In this document: positions 19,388-28,997 of the stretch, in pieces
Layout: every line of letters starts with the position of its first letter
Position numbering within the stretch: the first letter of the stretch is position 1
Origin: a virus
Virus record (IMG/VR): IMGVR_UViG_3300009709_000003
Location: 1-64,000 of that record
Direction: 5' to 3' (one strand)
Length of the DNA stretch: 64,000 bases
The notes under the pieces: model-generated
Databases searched by the model: none
The model's input: the letters and a program-made list of their open reading frames with translations, nothing else
What the model was told of the DNA's origin: nothing
Position numbers and translations under genes: made by a program

Positions 19388-20758
19388 ATGAAACAAATTA
19401 TCGCACAACAAAAAATACATAGTGTACATCCACATATTTTTATAGTTGAATGGGACGAAAATACTAAAAATAATTCTATATACTACAATCAAAAATCCAA
19501 AACGTGTTTTATATCTAAATTTACAAATGTAATTAGACGTAAATATCCAGGCGATTCACAACTGCAAAAAGCTATGGTCCTAGAAGGGTCTAAAAAGCTT
19601 CCACTTGCATTAGTAAAATTTAAAGCATCTCACACAACAACAGAGGATCAAGCAAGACTAAAATTGAGAAATGCACACTCTGGGGAATATGAAATAGCGT
19701 TGTGGGGCGGCACGTTAAAAAGTGTATCTACGTTTATACATATGCCGAGTGGACTAGAATTTAAGAGTACACTATCAAACTTACTTAGGTCCTCAAAACC
19801 ACAATGGAAACAGCAAATTTACCCATGGCTTTTCGAATTCTGCAACGAACATGAGCAATATCCATATCTAACTAACCAACGTTTATTGAGACATACACCG
19901 TCATTAATTCCTTCTAGCGAGCTTAGCAAAGAAATTACATTTGCCCATTATAAAAAGGTGTTATTTAAGTCTGATTCAAACATGACATCGCCTGAATTAC
20001 TTGTTAAATCCATGCTCGACAATTTAAATATTAATTTTGAATACAACAAATTCTTAACAGGTACACAGTATAAACCCGATTTTATAATTAATACGCCCGC
20101 CAAATTGATTGTTGAAGTAGATGGCCTCTACTATCATTCAGAAATATTCAGAAATAAGTCATATCACGTTGACAAATATGACGCATACACTGATGCGGGA
20201 TACAGACTTCTAGCTGTTACAGATATACAGGTGAGAACTCAGACACAACTAGTTAAATCTATGATTAAAGCCCGGTTAGGGCTGTCCCAACGGGTATTCG
20301 CTAGAACATGTGCAATCGATAATGTCTTACCAGGACGTGCCGCCGAGTTTTTTAACACTACACATTTAAAAGGTAGTGGTAGCGGTCAGTGTTTTGCTTT
20401 AGTAAAAGATGGGCACATTAAATGTGCTTTACGTGTGCGCAACATGCCGAACCATGTAGAGATTGATAGATTTTCAAATCAGTTAGACACTGTTGTAGTT
20501 GGTGGATATTCAAAACTTATACGTCATGTTTTTAAACTATATAAAAAACCTATCGTATCTTTTGTTGATCGTAGAGTAGGTAGTGGTACATCTCTATTAC
20601 AAGCTGGATTTGTTCACATTAACACTCATGTAGGTTTCGAGTGGACTGATAAAATAAATGTATACAACAGAAGAAAATTTCTTGGTAACTCTGGTCGTGA
20701 TAGTGGGTGTGTAAAGATTTGGGACTATGGTCAGATGAAGTTTATTCTAAAATTGTAA
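19388..20758 (+). CDS. Free-standing homing endonuclease (Hef-like; PD-(D/E)xK/Vsr-type nuclease plus C-terminal domain)
   Basis: SPE...YKPDF...IVEVDGLYYHS...H-x-DK...GYRLL, then ARTC...HLKG...EIDRF...VVGGYSKL...SFVDRR...KIWDYGQ; AT-rich and on the opposite strand to the virion operon. Confidence 0.75.
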   Translation: MKQIIAQQKIHSVHPHIFIVEWDENTKNNSIYYNQKSKTCFISKFTNVIRRKYPGDSQLQKAMVLEGSKKLPLALVKFKASHTTTEDQARLKLRNAHSGEYEIALWGGTLKSVSTFIHMPSGLEFKSTLSNLLRSSKPQWKQQIYPWLFEFCNEHEQYPYLTNQRLLRHTPSLIPSSELSKEITFAHYKKVLFKSDSNMTSPELLVKSMLDNLNINFEYNKFLTGTQYKPDFIINTPAKLIVEVDGLYYHSEIFRNKSYHVDKYDAYTDAGYRLLAVTDIQVRTQTQLVKSMIKARLGLSQRVFARTCAIDNVLPGRAAEFFNTTHLKGSGSGQCFALVKDGHIKCALRVRNMPNHVEIDRFSNQLDTVVVGGYSKLIRHVFKLYKKPIVSFVDRRVGSGTSLLQAGFVHINTHVGFEWTDKINVYNRRKFLGNSGRDSGCVKIWDYGQMKFILKL

Positions 20759-20789
20759 ATCGTGCCATAATATTTATTTATACACTAAT

Positions 20790-21170
20790 ATGACAGTTGA
20801 AAAAGTTCTAGAAGAGCATGGTGTAAACCTGCAGTGGATCAAAATCTCCGATTTAGCACCACAATTTGTGCGATTGGCTGAGACAATTATTGCGCTTCGC
20901 GCCGAGTTGCACAAAGACGTTGAGGATACGACTTTAGTCACATCTGATGTAGATGTAACCAAATTCACATCAGAAGATGGTAGATCAGCCATGGTGTTGA
21001 CTTATAATGGAATTTCTGGTAAGGCTTACTATGGTGGTAGTCTATATCATGGCCATATTGAAACTATTTATGGGTCTTACCCATTTTATGGCTCTAGCGA
21101 AGATATCGTACGTGCTTTCAAGGAAACTGTTCTAAATTATTTGTCGAATGAAAGTGTTGGTGAGCCATGA
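20790..21170 (+). CDS. Hypothetical protein
   Basis: 126-aa ORF, ATGA overlap with the next gene. Confidence 0.55.
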   Translation: MTVEKVLEEHGVNLQWIKISDLAPQFVRLAETIIALRAELHKDVEDTTLVTSDVDVTKFTSEDGRSAMVLTYNGISGKAYYGGSLYHGHIETIYGSYPFYGSSEDIVRAFKETVLNYLSNESVGEP

Positions 21171-21403
21171 ATAATATTTCAAAACGTGGTTTTGCTTCCA
21201 TGAATAAAGATAAGCAGAAGATCATTGCCAGTCAAGGCGGCACAGCAGCGCATGTACTTGGGACTGCTCACGAATTTAACTCAGAAGAGGCTCGTTCAGC
21301 AGAACGTAAGGGTGGTGCATCTGTAAGCAAAAACCGATCACATATGGCAGAGATTGGGCGTAAGGGCGGGCTTGCACGCAAAAGTAAGAAGGATTCGCAA
21401 TGA
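21167..21403 (+). CDS. KGG-repeat general stress protein (YciG/GsiB/Con-10-like)
   Basis: RGFASM...IASQGG...AHEFNSEEAR...RKGG...HMAEIGRKGG. Confidence 0.85.
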   Translation: MNNISKRGFASMNKDKQKIIASQGGTAAHVLGTAHEFNSEEARSAERKGGASVSKNRSHMAEIGRKGGLARKSKKDSQ

Positions 21404-21501
21404 ATCCAAAAGAGTCATTAGTTATCGGGTTGATCTTTTTAACTTTACAAATTGTTGCCTATACTAGTGTGGTTATTTACGTTTTCAAGCACACTCATTG
21501 A
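21400..21501 (+). CDS. Small single-pass membrane protein (33 aa)
   Basis: MNPKESLVIGLIFLTLQIVAYTSVVIYVFKHTH*; ATGA overlap with the KGG gene; below the ORF-track cutoff. Confidence 0.55.
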   Translation: MNPKESLVIGLIFLTLQIVAYTSVVIYVFKHTH

Positions 21502-21511
21502 AGGATAGGTA

Positions 21512-21886
21512 ATGATGAAAAATAAGCAATGTTATTACGAGTGCCATATCACCATTGAGGCTGGTCTTGAGCATCGGAAAGAAGTTCGTCGCATTGTAGA
21601 AAGTTTTAAGTGGTCATACAGTGAACATGATGAAGATCATGAAATTGGTCCTGGTCTACGCTGCTATGCCAACAAAAGTTTTAAAGCTTCTGAACCTGTT
21701 AGTACAGTAATTGAGGAGACTACCCGTATTCAACACGACCTCGACATCCAACTAGGTGGGTTTACAACGGCTAGAGTGGTGCGGTATAAGGTTGAATTTG
21801 TGTTGCACGACGTGGTATATACTGGTCGTTTGACCACGTCCGGACCACATCTACAAAGTCGTAGAAACTCTGCGAAATCTGCGTAA
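21512..21886 (+). CDS. Hypothetical protein (YECHITI motif)
   Basis: SD-like AGGT upstream; YYECHITIE...RYKVEFVLHD, possibly metal-binding. Confidence 0.55.
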   Translation: MMKNKQCYYECHITIEAGLEHRKEVRRIVESFKWSYSEHDEDHEIGPGLRCYANKSFKASEPVSTVIEETTRIQHDLDIQLGGFTTARVVRYKVEFVLHDVVYTGRLTTSGPHLQSRRNSAKSA

Positions 21887-22012
21887 CTATCTGGTATCAA
21901 ACACACTATGCAGTGTGGACTCAATGCGACGAACTTAGACGCCAAAGGCGGTTTGTGTGCAGCCACAACATTATGGCATGTTGTATGCAGAGTGTTTTCG
22001 TAGGAGGTAGTC

Positions 22013-22273
22013 ATGAGTAACCGAACAAGAAAGTACAAACACCCGTTGGAAACTACCACAGAATTTGTTGAAGCTGTACACATGGAAAAGATGGCGGTCG
22101 ATCATCTAGCACAAATAACCGCGAAGTTGGAAACCGATCCAACTAATCCAAAAATAATTGCAGAATTTAACAAGGCTCAACACATGTATCAACACGCATC
22201 GGGTCAGATGCGTATTACTCCAAGATATGTTAGAAAGCATGAATATGAGCCACCAGTAAACTTAGGTAAGTAA
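22013..22273 (+). CDS. Hypothetical protein
   Basis: Strong SD AGGAGG upstream of the ATG. Confidence 0.6.
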   Translation: MSNRTRKYKHPLETTTEFVEAVHMEKMAVDHLAQITAKLETDPTNPKIIAEFNKAQHMYQHASGQMRITPRYVRKHEYEPPVNLGK

Positions 22274-22314
22274 GCATAATTATAAATAGGATAGAATAAT
22301 TCATCTAATTTTAG

Positions 22315-22575
22315 GTGTTGCACATGAACGATCGAAAACGCGCTGAAGACCTGCTTGAGTATATTGAACTAACGCTATGTTTGCTAAGCGAACCATTGCA
22401 CGATCTACAAGATATCCTCGGTAAAAATCAGAATCGTCCACCACTAGGTCAAGCAGATGGGTCTTTCACTCCAGAAATTTGGATACATATGCGGGATACT
22501 TTGCAATGTTTAGCGACTGCTGCCCGGCATATTGAAGATCTGAAGATGTTGCCCGTACCAAAAGAAAGTGACTAA
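22315..22575 (+). CDS. Hypothetical protein
   Basis: Fits the plus-strand operon; true start may be the ATG at 22324. Confidence 0.5.
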   Translation: MLHMNDRKRAEDLLEYIELTLCLLSEPLHDLQDILGKNQNRPPLGQADGSFTPEIWIHMRDTLQCLATAARHIEDLKMLPVPKESD

Positions 22576-22577
22576 AA

Positions 22578-22937
22578 ATGAGTGCCGATTCCATACATCT
22601 ATCGTTATCTAACGATAATAAACAGTGGCATAAAAAGCCCATTCGTAGATTTTTTAATATATTCTTTAAATACTTTTTGCCTGATCTTATTATTATTTGG
22701 AAGAACCGTAAAAACCCTTTTCCAATTTATGTGCACACACGAATTCTCACACCTACCAATCTCGGTGAACACATGTTCTATGCAGAGTATGTGAAATCTT
22801 TTAACGAGAGCATTCAAGAAGAAATTGCTCTCTGGGAAAATATGCGCACGAAAGCTAAAGCCGATTTAGATGGAGACGACGTGATGGCGATGAGTGAAGA
22901 GGATGCAGAAGATAATGATGCTACAGGTGTAAAATGA
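22578..22937 (+). CDS. Hypothetical protein
   Basis: Tight operon packing; acidic C-terminus. Confidence 0.5.
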   Translation: MSADSIHLSLSNDNKQWHKKPIRRFFNIFFKYFLPDLIIIWKNRKNPFPIYVHTRILTPTNLGEHMFYAEYVKSFNESIQEEIALWENMRTKAKADLDGDDVMAMSEEDAEDNDATGVK

Positions 22938-23344
22938 ACCACACCGAAGAATATATCAAAGAGTTGATTGTGGAACGCGAATATTGGCGTATCAAAAGCA
23001 ACTTTTATAAGCATCAAGTGTTGACTTGTGGCGTAGCAGCAGAGCATCCGGACGCAGAATTGTCTAGAACCGGCGCATACATTAACAAGTGGGATAGTCC
23101 ACAAGCAGAGGCCGTGCGCAAGCTTCGCGCAGAGCGAGATCAACTGGTAAAACTAGTTGAGAAATTGCGTGCAGAAATGTCATGGGAGCATGAAGCTGGT
23201 TGCAGTGGCGAATATGGGTATGGCTGCAAGGATTCTTGTGGACTCCACAACCGTTTGACGGACCCAGATTATGGGATGTCTAAGCATCCATACGCAGCTG
23301 AAATTTTGCGTCGTGATAATGAGCGCAACAAAGATGGGAAGTGA
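22934..23344 (+). CDS. Hypothetical protein
   Basis: ATGA overlap; coiled coil plus H/C cluster (HEAGC...C...C...H). Confidence 0.55.
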   Translation: MNHTEEYIKELIVEREYWRIKSNFYKHQVLTCGVAAEHPDAELSRTGAYINKWDSPQAEAVRKLRAERDQLVKLVEKLRAEMSWEHEAGCSGEYGYGCKDSCGLHNRLTDPDYGMSKHPYAAEILRRDNERNKDGK

Positions 23345-23534
23345 CTATCCCTATTACACAACGACACAATTCAGTTTACACCCTGAAGTTTTAGATGTTG
23401 TGGCGCGCAGTGGAGATATTAGCGTAGTTGTTCCACGTGGAACCAAACAAACAACAATAACGTTACCTGCTCGTTGTTCTCCACCTAGAAAACCTAATAG
23501 ACACGAACGTCGCCGCGCGCAAGCTCTAAAGTAA
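23334..23534 (+). CDS. Small protein with C-terminal Arg-rich motif (NRHERRRA)
   Basis: Start reassigned to ATG 23334 (MGSDYPYY...), minimising overlap with the previous gene. Confidence 0.45.
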   Translation: MGSDYPYYTTTQFSLHPEVLDVVARSGDISVVVPRGTKQTTITLPARCSPPRKPNRHERRRAQALK

Positions 23535-23557
23535 ATCTATGTTGAAATAACGATGCG

Positions 23558-25471
23558 TTACTGACGCGAATACATGTTTCGGAACAAAGCGCCGTTTGGT
23601 GCTGAATCCACCAATGCTTGAAGGCGGAAATCAGGTCCCATTTGGTAATGCAAAAATCCAGGTCCAACAAAACCTAATTTAGCAGCTGGCACCAACCGAT
23701 CAAGTTGTGCACTCAAACGTTGTAAAATACTTGCTAGTTGCGCCTGATGCGTGAGGACAAATGAATTACCATTATCACTGTAAGACAAAACGTCGGTGTC
23801 GACGGCGAATATCTCTTGACTAGACAATCCAGTGAACAATGCTGCCTGGATCAACAAATATCCTAATAAATCGTATGGGTAGTTATCAACTGTGAAATAA
23901 ATCGTTGGTTGGTAGCTATTAATAACTTGTGTGCCATACTCAATATACTTAATCAACATACCGTCAGTATAACCTAGGAAACACTGATTAGCTGGGTCCA
24001 CAAGTTTTACCGATTTGTCTATCATTAGTCTTAGGCCAGGTAATAGAGCCTTTTCTTGTAAAGAAATGACCGACACTACTTCGGATGCCACGATTTCTGG
24101 AGACCCGTCTGAGCCTCCAATCAAATTGGTAGCTGCAGTAGTAGCCAATATCCCAGTTCCGTCGCTTCCTGGGGCCAAAGAAACGCTTACGATGGCACTC
24201 GTAGATAAATCTGAAGTAACATATTGTATGATATTGTTAGCCGTGGTTACCACATTGCCAGCTGAATCAGTAGCAAGGTTTACCGTTATTGAGGCACCTG
24301 ACCGTACGAAACTTAAACCTTTATTTGGTGCGTTGGGGTTTACATAACTAACTGAAATAAAATTGCCCGGGCTACCAGCAGATTGTGCAGTCCATGTCAA
24401 AGCCGAATTACCCGACATTAACGTGGTAGATGCGTATTGGGCCATAACTTCGTAAGCTAACCAAGTAAACAGATAGTTCATCCGACAGTCAGTTCTATTC
24501 CGGGCTTGCCAATCACGACTGCCATTATCTAGACCAAATGGAAACGTAAAAACGCCAGGAGATGGGTTATATATGCGAGGTGGATTAGGAGATCTACTCC
24601 CAATGGGAAGATATTTGTCTTCAAAACAAAGACCACCAGCCAAGGAGGTTACGCGTAAAGATAAGTATTGTGGGTTTACAGCTGTACCAGTTTCATCGGT
24701 AAACGTCACTGATATATTCTTCATTGTATCTCTTAGGACTACAATTGAATCATTAGGACCAATGCCGGTACACAACATTGGTGAGAATGTGCCAGATACA
24801 GCTGCGGCTTGTGCGGCAGATTGAGCATTAACTACAGTCGATTGTGTGTAGGCTCGTTCCGGTTCACCCTGATTAGCGGTATAATACCAACGATCTAAAA
24901 CTGTTCGTGGAGACCCTGTAATCGGGTTTGTAGTTACACGATACTTCCCTACTCCGATACGAGATATTTGCGTAATCGTTTGAATTACGGTCATTCCGTC
25001 TTGTTCAACAATTTGTACTTGTCGAACTTGGTATGGATCAAATGGTTGACCAGTCCTGGTATCAAGAAATTCAACTGTTAAAAGAAGTGGCCGCAACAAA
25101 GCAGCAGAATCGCGCGATTGAGGATCTATGGAGGCAGTAGCTGTAACTACAGGAGTGGCTTGCACATTGGTGCTATTTAAATACGTTTCTACAGATCCAC
25201 CAGGGACATCCTGGAAAACCCATTGATCCAACACAGTCATTGGTGTCGAAATGGCATTTATCGTCACTGAATAGCTACCCAGTGAATTTCGAACAACAGC
25301 AGACCCAGGTATGGTTTGGATAAGAGTTTGACCATCTACCTGCAAGATATTTACAGCAGAGATGGATGCTGGGTCATATAACTGACCACTATTTGGTCCA
25401 CCCTGCACTTCAAACAGAGTTGAAATCGTGATCGGCGTGCCTGTTACGGCTGTTGGTCGTGTGATTGGCAT
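23558..25471 (-). CDS. Head-tail adaptor/neck protein with N-terminal Ig-like repeats
   Basis: Two related beta modules (YDP...LGSYSV...VLDQWVF / FDP...VGKYRV...VLDRWYY) and a C-terminal helical adaptor-like region (LRLMID...YTDGML...INSYQP...YSDNG). Confidence 0.55.
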   Translation of the reverse strand: MPITRPTAVTGTPITISTLFEVQGGPNSGQLYDPASISAVNILQVDGQTLIQTIPGSAVVRNSLGSYSVTINAISTPMTVLDQWVFQDVPGGSVETYLNSTNVQATPVVTATASIDPQSRDSAALLRPLLLTVEFLDTRTGQPFDPYQVRQVQIVEQDGMTVIQTITQISRIGVGKYRVTTNPITGSPRTVLDRWYYTANQGEPERAYTQSTVVNAQSAAQAAAVSGTFSPMLCTGIGPNDSIVVLRDTMKNISVTFTDETGTAVNPQYLSLRVTSLAGGLCFEDKYLPIGSRSPNPPRIYNPSPGVFTFPFGLDNGSRDWQARNRTDCRMNYLFTWLAYEVMAQYASTTLMSGNSALTWTAQSAGSPGNFISVSYVNPNAPNKGLSFVRSGASITVNLATDSAGNVVTTANNIIQYVTSDLSTSAIVSVSLAPGSDGTGILATTAATNLIGGSDGSPEIVASEVVSVISLQEKALLPGLRLMIDKSVKLVDPANQCFLGYTDGMLIKYIEYGTQVINSYQPTIYFTVDNYPYDLLGYLLIQAALFTGLSSQEIFAVDTDVLSYSDNGNSFVLTHQAQLASILQRLSAQLDRLVPAAKLGFVGPGFLHYQMGPDFRLQALVDSAPNGALFRNMYSRQ

Positions 25472-25472
25472 T

Positions 25473-25901
25473 TTAGATACCTATAAGCTCAACATGGCGA
25501 AGTTGGAGCACAAACTTTCTGATTTCATAAGCATCACCAGCATTTGACCCGGTGTTGTTGTACCGTATCTGGTATATAGCCGATGTAATAGGTACGGCAG
25601 GAGAGACTACGGCAGGGAACCCTGGATCAACCAAGTCATAAACGTACAATCCTGGACATAAAGTAGCATTTACCTGAGTCATACTAAGGTGTATGGGTGA
25701 TGTCGAGGATACAAAATTAGTGCCGTTAAAGGCAAACCCGTCTTGTGACGAACCGGGAGCACTACACAATATAGAAACTGTTGGAGTTTGTCCGGTTACA
25801 CCTAACCCAGTCGTTCCATCTACGATGGAAAGATATAGTGGAGCAGTCGATCCAGACAAATTATGAGTAACACTACCACCAGCCAACGCATGTAAAGTCA
25901 T
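25473..25901 (-). CDS. Small beta-rich virion protein
   Basis: Start reassigned to MTLHALAGG (25901); GLGVTG...PGLYVY pattern. Confidence 0.5.
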   Translation of the reverse strand: MTLHALAGGSVTHNLSGSTAPLYLSIVDGTTGLGVTGQTPTVSILCSAPGSSQDGFAFNGTNFVSSTSPIHLSMTQVNATLCPGLYVYDLVDPGFPAVVSPAVPITSAIYQIRYNNTGSNAGDAYEIRKFVLQLRHVELIGI

Positions 25902-25902
25902 G

Positions 25903-26127
25903 TCAGCTATTACGCTTAACAACCTCACCAGTTCGCATATTGATGGTAACATCATTTATGCTAAGCTTGTCTACAGCAAGTTTTGCATTTATCTCATTGA
26001 CAATTTCATTGAACTCATCCACTAAAATCAATTTTGAGTCTTGCAGTCGTCCTAGACGTTCATCTATAAGTTTAACTCGTAGATCGGCCAATTGATATCT
26101 AAGAAGTAGTTCTTCAGGTAGCTTCAT
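25903..26127 (-). CDS. Hypothetical coiled-coil protein
   Basis: 74 aa ending INMRTGEV, a common phage C-terminal motif. Confidence 0.5.
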   Translation of the reverse strand: MKLPEELLLRYQLADLRVKLIDERLGRLQDSKLILVDEFNEIVNEINAKLAVDKLSINDVTINMRTGEVVKRNS

Positions 26128-26540
26128 ATCTCACCATACATAAAATATTGACGTTCCATAAATTTGTCAACAGAAAGTCTTGAATACCCTAACATCAAAC
26201 CAATTGCGCCTTTCTTTCTCGTAGAAAGTTCTCCAACTGTGGATATTAATTTTACCAATCTGTTTGCCCTTACTTTATGGGCGTTAGTGTATAGAACTAG
26301 TTGATGATTATATTTAGTGCCGACATCGGTTGCGAAAGGAAACACAACGATGGTCACATACACATAATCACCAAATTGGTATTGGATATCTACACATTCT
26401 TGTATAGAAGTTAAGATCTCGTCTCCTAGTTGTGGATCGTCTGATACGATACCTTCAAGCGCTATCTTGCGTGCACCACGAGCAATATAATAGATACTGC
26501 TATGAACATCACTCAGGAGGTAGTCAAGATCGGATTCCAT
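26124..26540 (-). CDS. Hypothetical protein
   Basis: Start reassigned to MESDL (26540); C-terminal IGLMLGYS motif. Confidence 0.5.
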   Translation of the reverse strand: MESDLDYLLSDVHSSIYYIARGARKIALEGIVSDDPQLGDEILTSIQECVDIQYQFGDYVYVTIVVFPFATDVGTKYNHQLVLYTNAHKVRANRLVKLISTVGELSTRKKGAIGLMLGYSRLSVDKFMERQYFMYGEI

Positions 26541-26553
26541 ATTTGTTGACTTT

Positions 26554-27183
26554 CTATGAAGCTGAGGAGGTAGTGGCAGTAGATGCGCTAGCAGCAGCGG
26601 TCTCTGTAACGGTAGGCGCAACCGTTTGTGGCACTACTTCTTGAGAAACCGGAATCGGCGACTGCATATTTTCCACAACTCCGCCTTGCAATGTGCTGAG
26701 CATTTGAGTAAGACGTGCAGCTTGAACAGCCTTATTGTCTACAGGAACAACAGCTGATACAATCTTACGAGCAATGCCGGGCTGATAGTCGGGGTTTGCA
26801 GCGATAGCCACACTGGCGTGAGCCTTACCTACAGCTGTGGTGGTTTCGTTAATGCCAAGAGCGGCCAATCCGGTTGACAATCCCACAGACAAAGCCTGTG
26901 ACACGGACATACTGGCAGCAGCTGCTGTAAGAGACGACACCAAAAAAGAAGAGCCAAATACCAAACCTACTTGTTCAAGATGCGCTAGCTTATCCCATTT
27001 AAAATTATCAGGGAGTTGATTCTGAATAGCCGGAACTTTGTAGAGGTTAATCAGCATAGTTGCCACCAATGCCAATGCCCCAAAAACACCCATAGTATTG
27101 TAGGTGTGGTCAAGTTGAGCGAAAGAGAGAAGCAAGTTTGGGTCAAAATCGTACATAAATACTCCATAGAGGATTGTGTACAT
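26554..27183 (-). CDS. Membrane protein, possible holin
   Basis: Three hydrophobic segments followed by a polar low-complexity tail; alternative SD-led start at 27156. Confidence 0.4.
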   Translation of the reverse strand: MYTILYGVFMYDFDPNLLLSFAQLDHTYNTMGVFGALALVATMLINLYKVPAIQNQLPDNFKWDKLAHLEQVGLVFGSSFLVSSLTAAAASMSVSQALSVGLSTGLAALGINETTTAVGKAHASVAIAANPDYQPGIARKIVSAVVPVDNKAVQAARLTQMLSTLQGGVVENMQSPIPVSQEVVPQTVAPTVTETAAASASTATTSSAS

Positions 27184-27213
27184 GTCCTATAGTAGATAAC
27201 TAATTAAAATTTA

Positions 27214-27513
27214 TTACGAGGGGGAAACGACAACGTTAGCGTATGCAGTCCCGTCTGGCAAAGTTATGTTGACAGTTGGCGGCGTAGGCGTTGGTGGTTG
27301 TCCTTGGTGTGCCGCAATTATAGAAGCCAATTCTGTCTGTTGACTGGAACTCAGGGTGTTGGTAAAATACAGCAGACATGCGTCGCCGTTAGTTGCTCCA
27401 CCATTATACAATGACGCTAAATCGGTTACAGCAGCGAACTGCAGAGCCAGGCTGTCAAAGTTTATTGCGTGATTAGGAAAGTCATTCTGTATGGAATAAG
27501 TATATGTGGCCAT
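27214..27513 (-). CDS. Small virion/fibre-associated protein
   Basis: SD AGGA upstream; follows the fibre genes. Confidence 0.5.
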   Translation of the reverse strand: MATYTYSIQNDFPNHAINFDSLALQFAAVTDLASLYNGGATNGDACLLYFTNTLSSSQQTELASIIAAHQGQPPTPTPPTVNITLPDGTAYANVVVSPS

Positions 27514-27525
27514 AAATTTTTCCTA

Positions 27526-27957
27526 TTAAACGTATACTTCTTGAAACTCTATTTTAGCGTTTTCATTTTGAGTACCAGAGGCTGCATTACACCGACCAGT
27601 ACCACCAGTCACAGACCATTGAAGAGCAATTGTGTGTGTGCCCGAGGCTAGTCCTGTGATTGGTCCTGAAGAAAATGCAACTGCGTTTGGCACTTGACCA
27701 GCCGATAAAGTACCACCGTCCATACCTGAACCAGCAATACCAACAACTGTGCCATCTACTGTCAAACGAAACGAAAATGGGTCTGATGTGGTAGAGTTAC
27801 TACAAGTAATAAAAGCTCTTAAATATAAATTACTTCCTCCTTGAGTAGTAACCGTTGTTGACAGGAATGTGGTGTAAGTGGTGCTTGCTATCGTGACATT
27901 TGTCGCGAGAGTCACACCTCCTGTTTGAATAAGATTGTCTGGAGCGTAATATGGCAT
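27526..27957 (-). CDS. Beta-sandwich fibre-tip-like protein
   Basis: T/S/G-rich beta strands; FRLTVDG and GLASGTHTIALQW. Confidence 0.5.
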   Translation of the reverse strand: MPYYAPDNLIQTGGVTLATNVTIASTTYTTFLSTTVTTQGGSNLYLRAFITCSNSTTSDPFSFRLTVDGTVVGIAGSGMDGGTLSAGQVPNAVAFSSGPITGLASGTHTIALQWSVTGGTGRCNAASGTQNENAKIEFQEVYV

Positions 27958-27962
27958 TTGTG

Positions 27963-28997
27963 TTATGTGATTTCAGTGCAAAGCAAAGCGCCCACCGCTG
28001 TGGTCCAAATAATGCTAATTACACCGTTATAAGTTGGACGAGGCAATTCAAGTGTGGAGTTAGGACCCATCCTGTATGTAAAAGCTGCATTTGTGGCAGT
28101 AGCGGCAAATGCTAGATATGCTGTGCTCGCACTATTGTTCACAAATGTTGCACCAAGACGGTTGGTATTGGCAGCCAGTGCCGTAACAGAAGTCACAGAC
28201 GCCGTGATACTTGTAATTACCGCTGTATTTGCAGGGCGTTCAATAACAACCAAAGCTGGATCGCTGTGTTGAGCGGCTGTGCCACTGGGTTTAACAGCAG
28301 CAACGTTCGTACCATCTGTGATTTTTGCAGGCCAAGCGCCAGCAACCGCCGCTGCCGTACCTTGGTTGGAAGTAACAGTACCAACCACGGTAGCATTTAA
28401 GTTTGCAGCAGTTGCCTGAACCGCAGTGACAGTGCCTGATATCGGCTGCGTAACTGCACTACCGTCTACTTTTAGGGCATTAGCAGCAGTGACTGCTGCG
28501 CTATTACCGCCTTGGTTGATAGTGGCTAGCCAAGGCACTGTATTAGGCGTATTCCCGGGTTGAACGGTCCAAGTGCCGGACTGTCCTACGCTACCGATAG
28601 TGTTTGTACCAGCGGGAAGTGGACTGTTAGGCGACAAACCAACCACCAACGAAATATCGGTGGCGACAGCTGCCGTGCTAGCTGGTTTAAGAGAAAAAGT
28701 GTTGGTACCGTCTGTCAGTTTTACGGGCCAAGCACCAGTAATTGCAGCCGCTGCACCTTGTGCGGCAGTAGCATTAAGATTACCAGCCGTAGCTTGTTGG
28801 ACTGTGAATGAACCAGTACCAGCATTTGCCGTGACGGAACCGAGAGAGTTGGTACCTGCTGGTAGTGGACTATTGGGTGACAACGCCACCACAAGACCAG
28901 CATTAGTTGTAGCAGCCGCAGTAGAACTGGGCACTACATCAACTGTAGTGTCGCTTGAACCACTTCCAATAACAGAAACTTGATTAATGTAAGTCAT
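27963..28997 (-). CDS. Fibre-like structural protein with internal repeats
   Basis: Two copies each of LVV-x-LSPNSPLPAGTN and GAWP-x-K-x-TDGTN; C-terminal AANTNR-x-G...N domain; start MTYIN gives an ATGA overlap. Confidence 0.6.
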   Translation of the reverse strand: MTYINQVSVIGSGSSDTTVDVVPSSTAAATTNAGLVVALSPNSPLPAGTNSLGSVTANAGTGSFTVQQATAGNLNATAAQGAAAAITGAWPVKLTDGTNTFSLKPASTAAVATDISLVVGLSPNSPLPAGTNTIGSVGQSGTWTVQPGNTPNTVPWLATINQGGNSAAVTAANALKVDGSAVTQPISGTVTAVQATAANLNATVVGTVTSNQGTAAAVAGAWPAKITDGTNVAAVKPSGTAAQHSDPALVVIERPANTAVITSITASVTSVTALAANTNRLGATFVNNSASTAYLAFAATATNAAFTYRMGPNSTLELPRPTYNGVISIIWTTAVGALLCTEIT

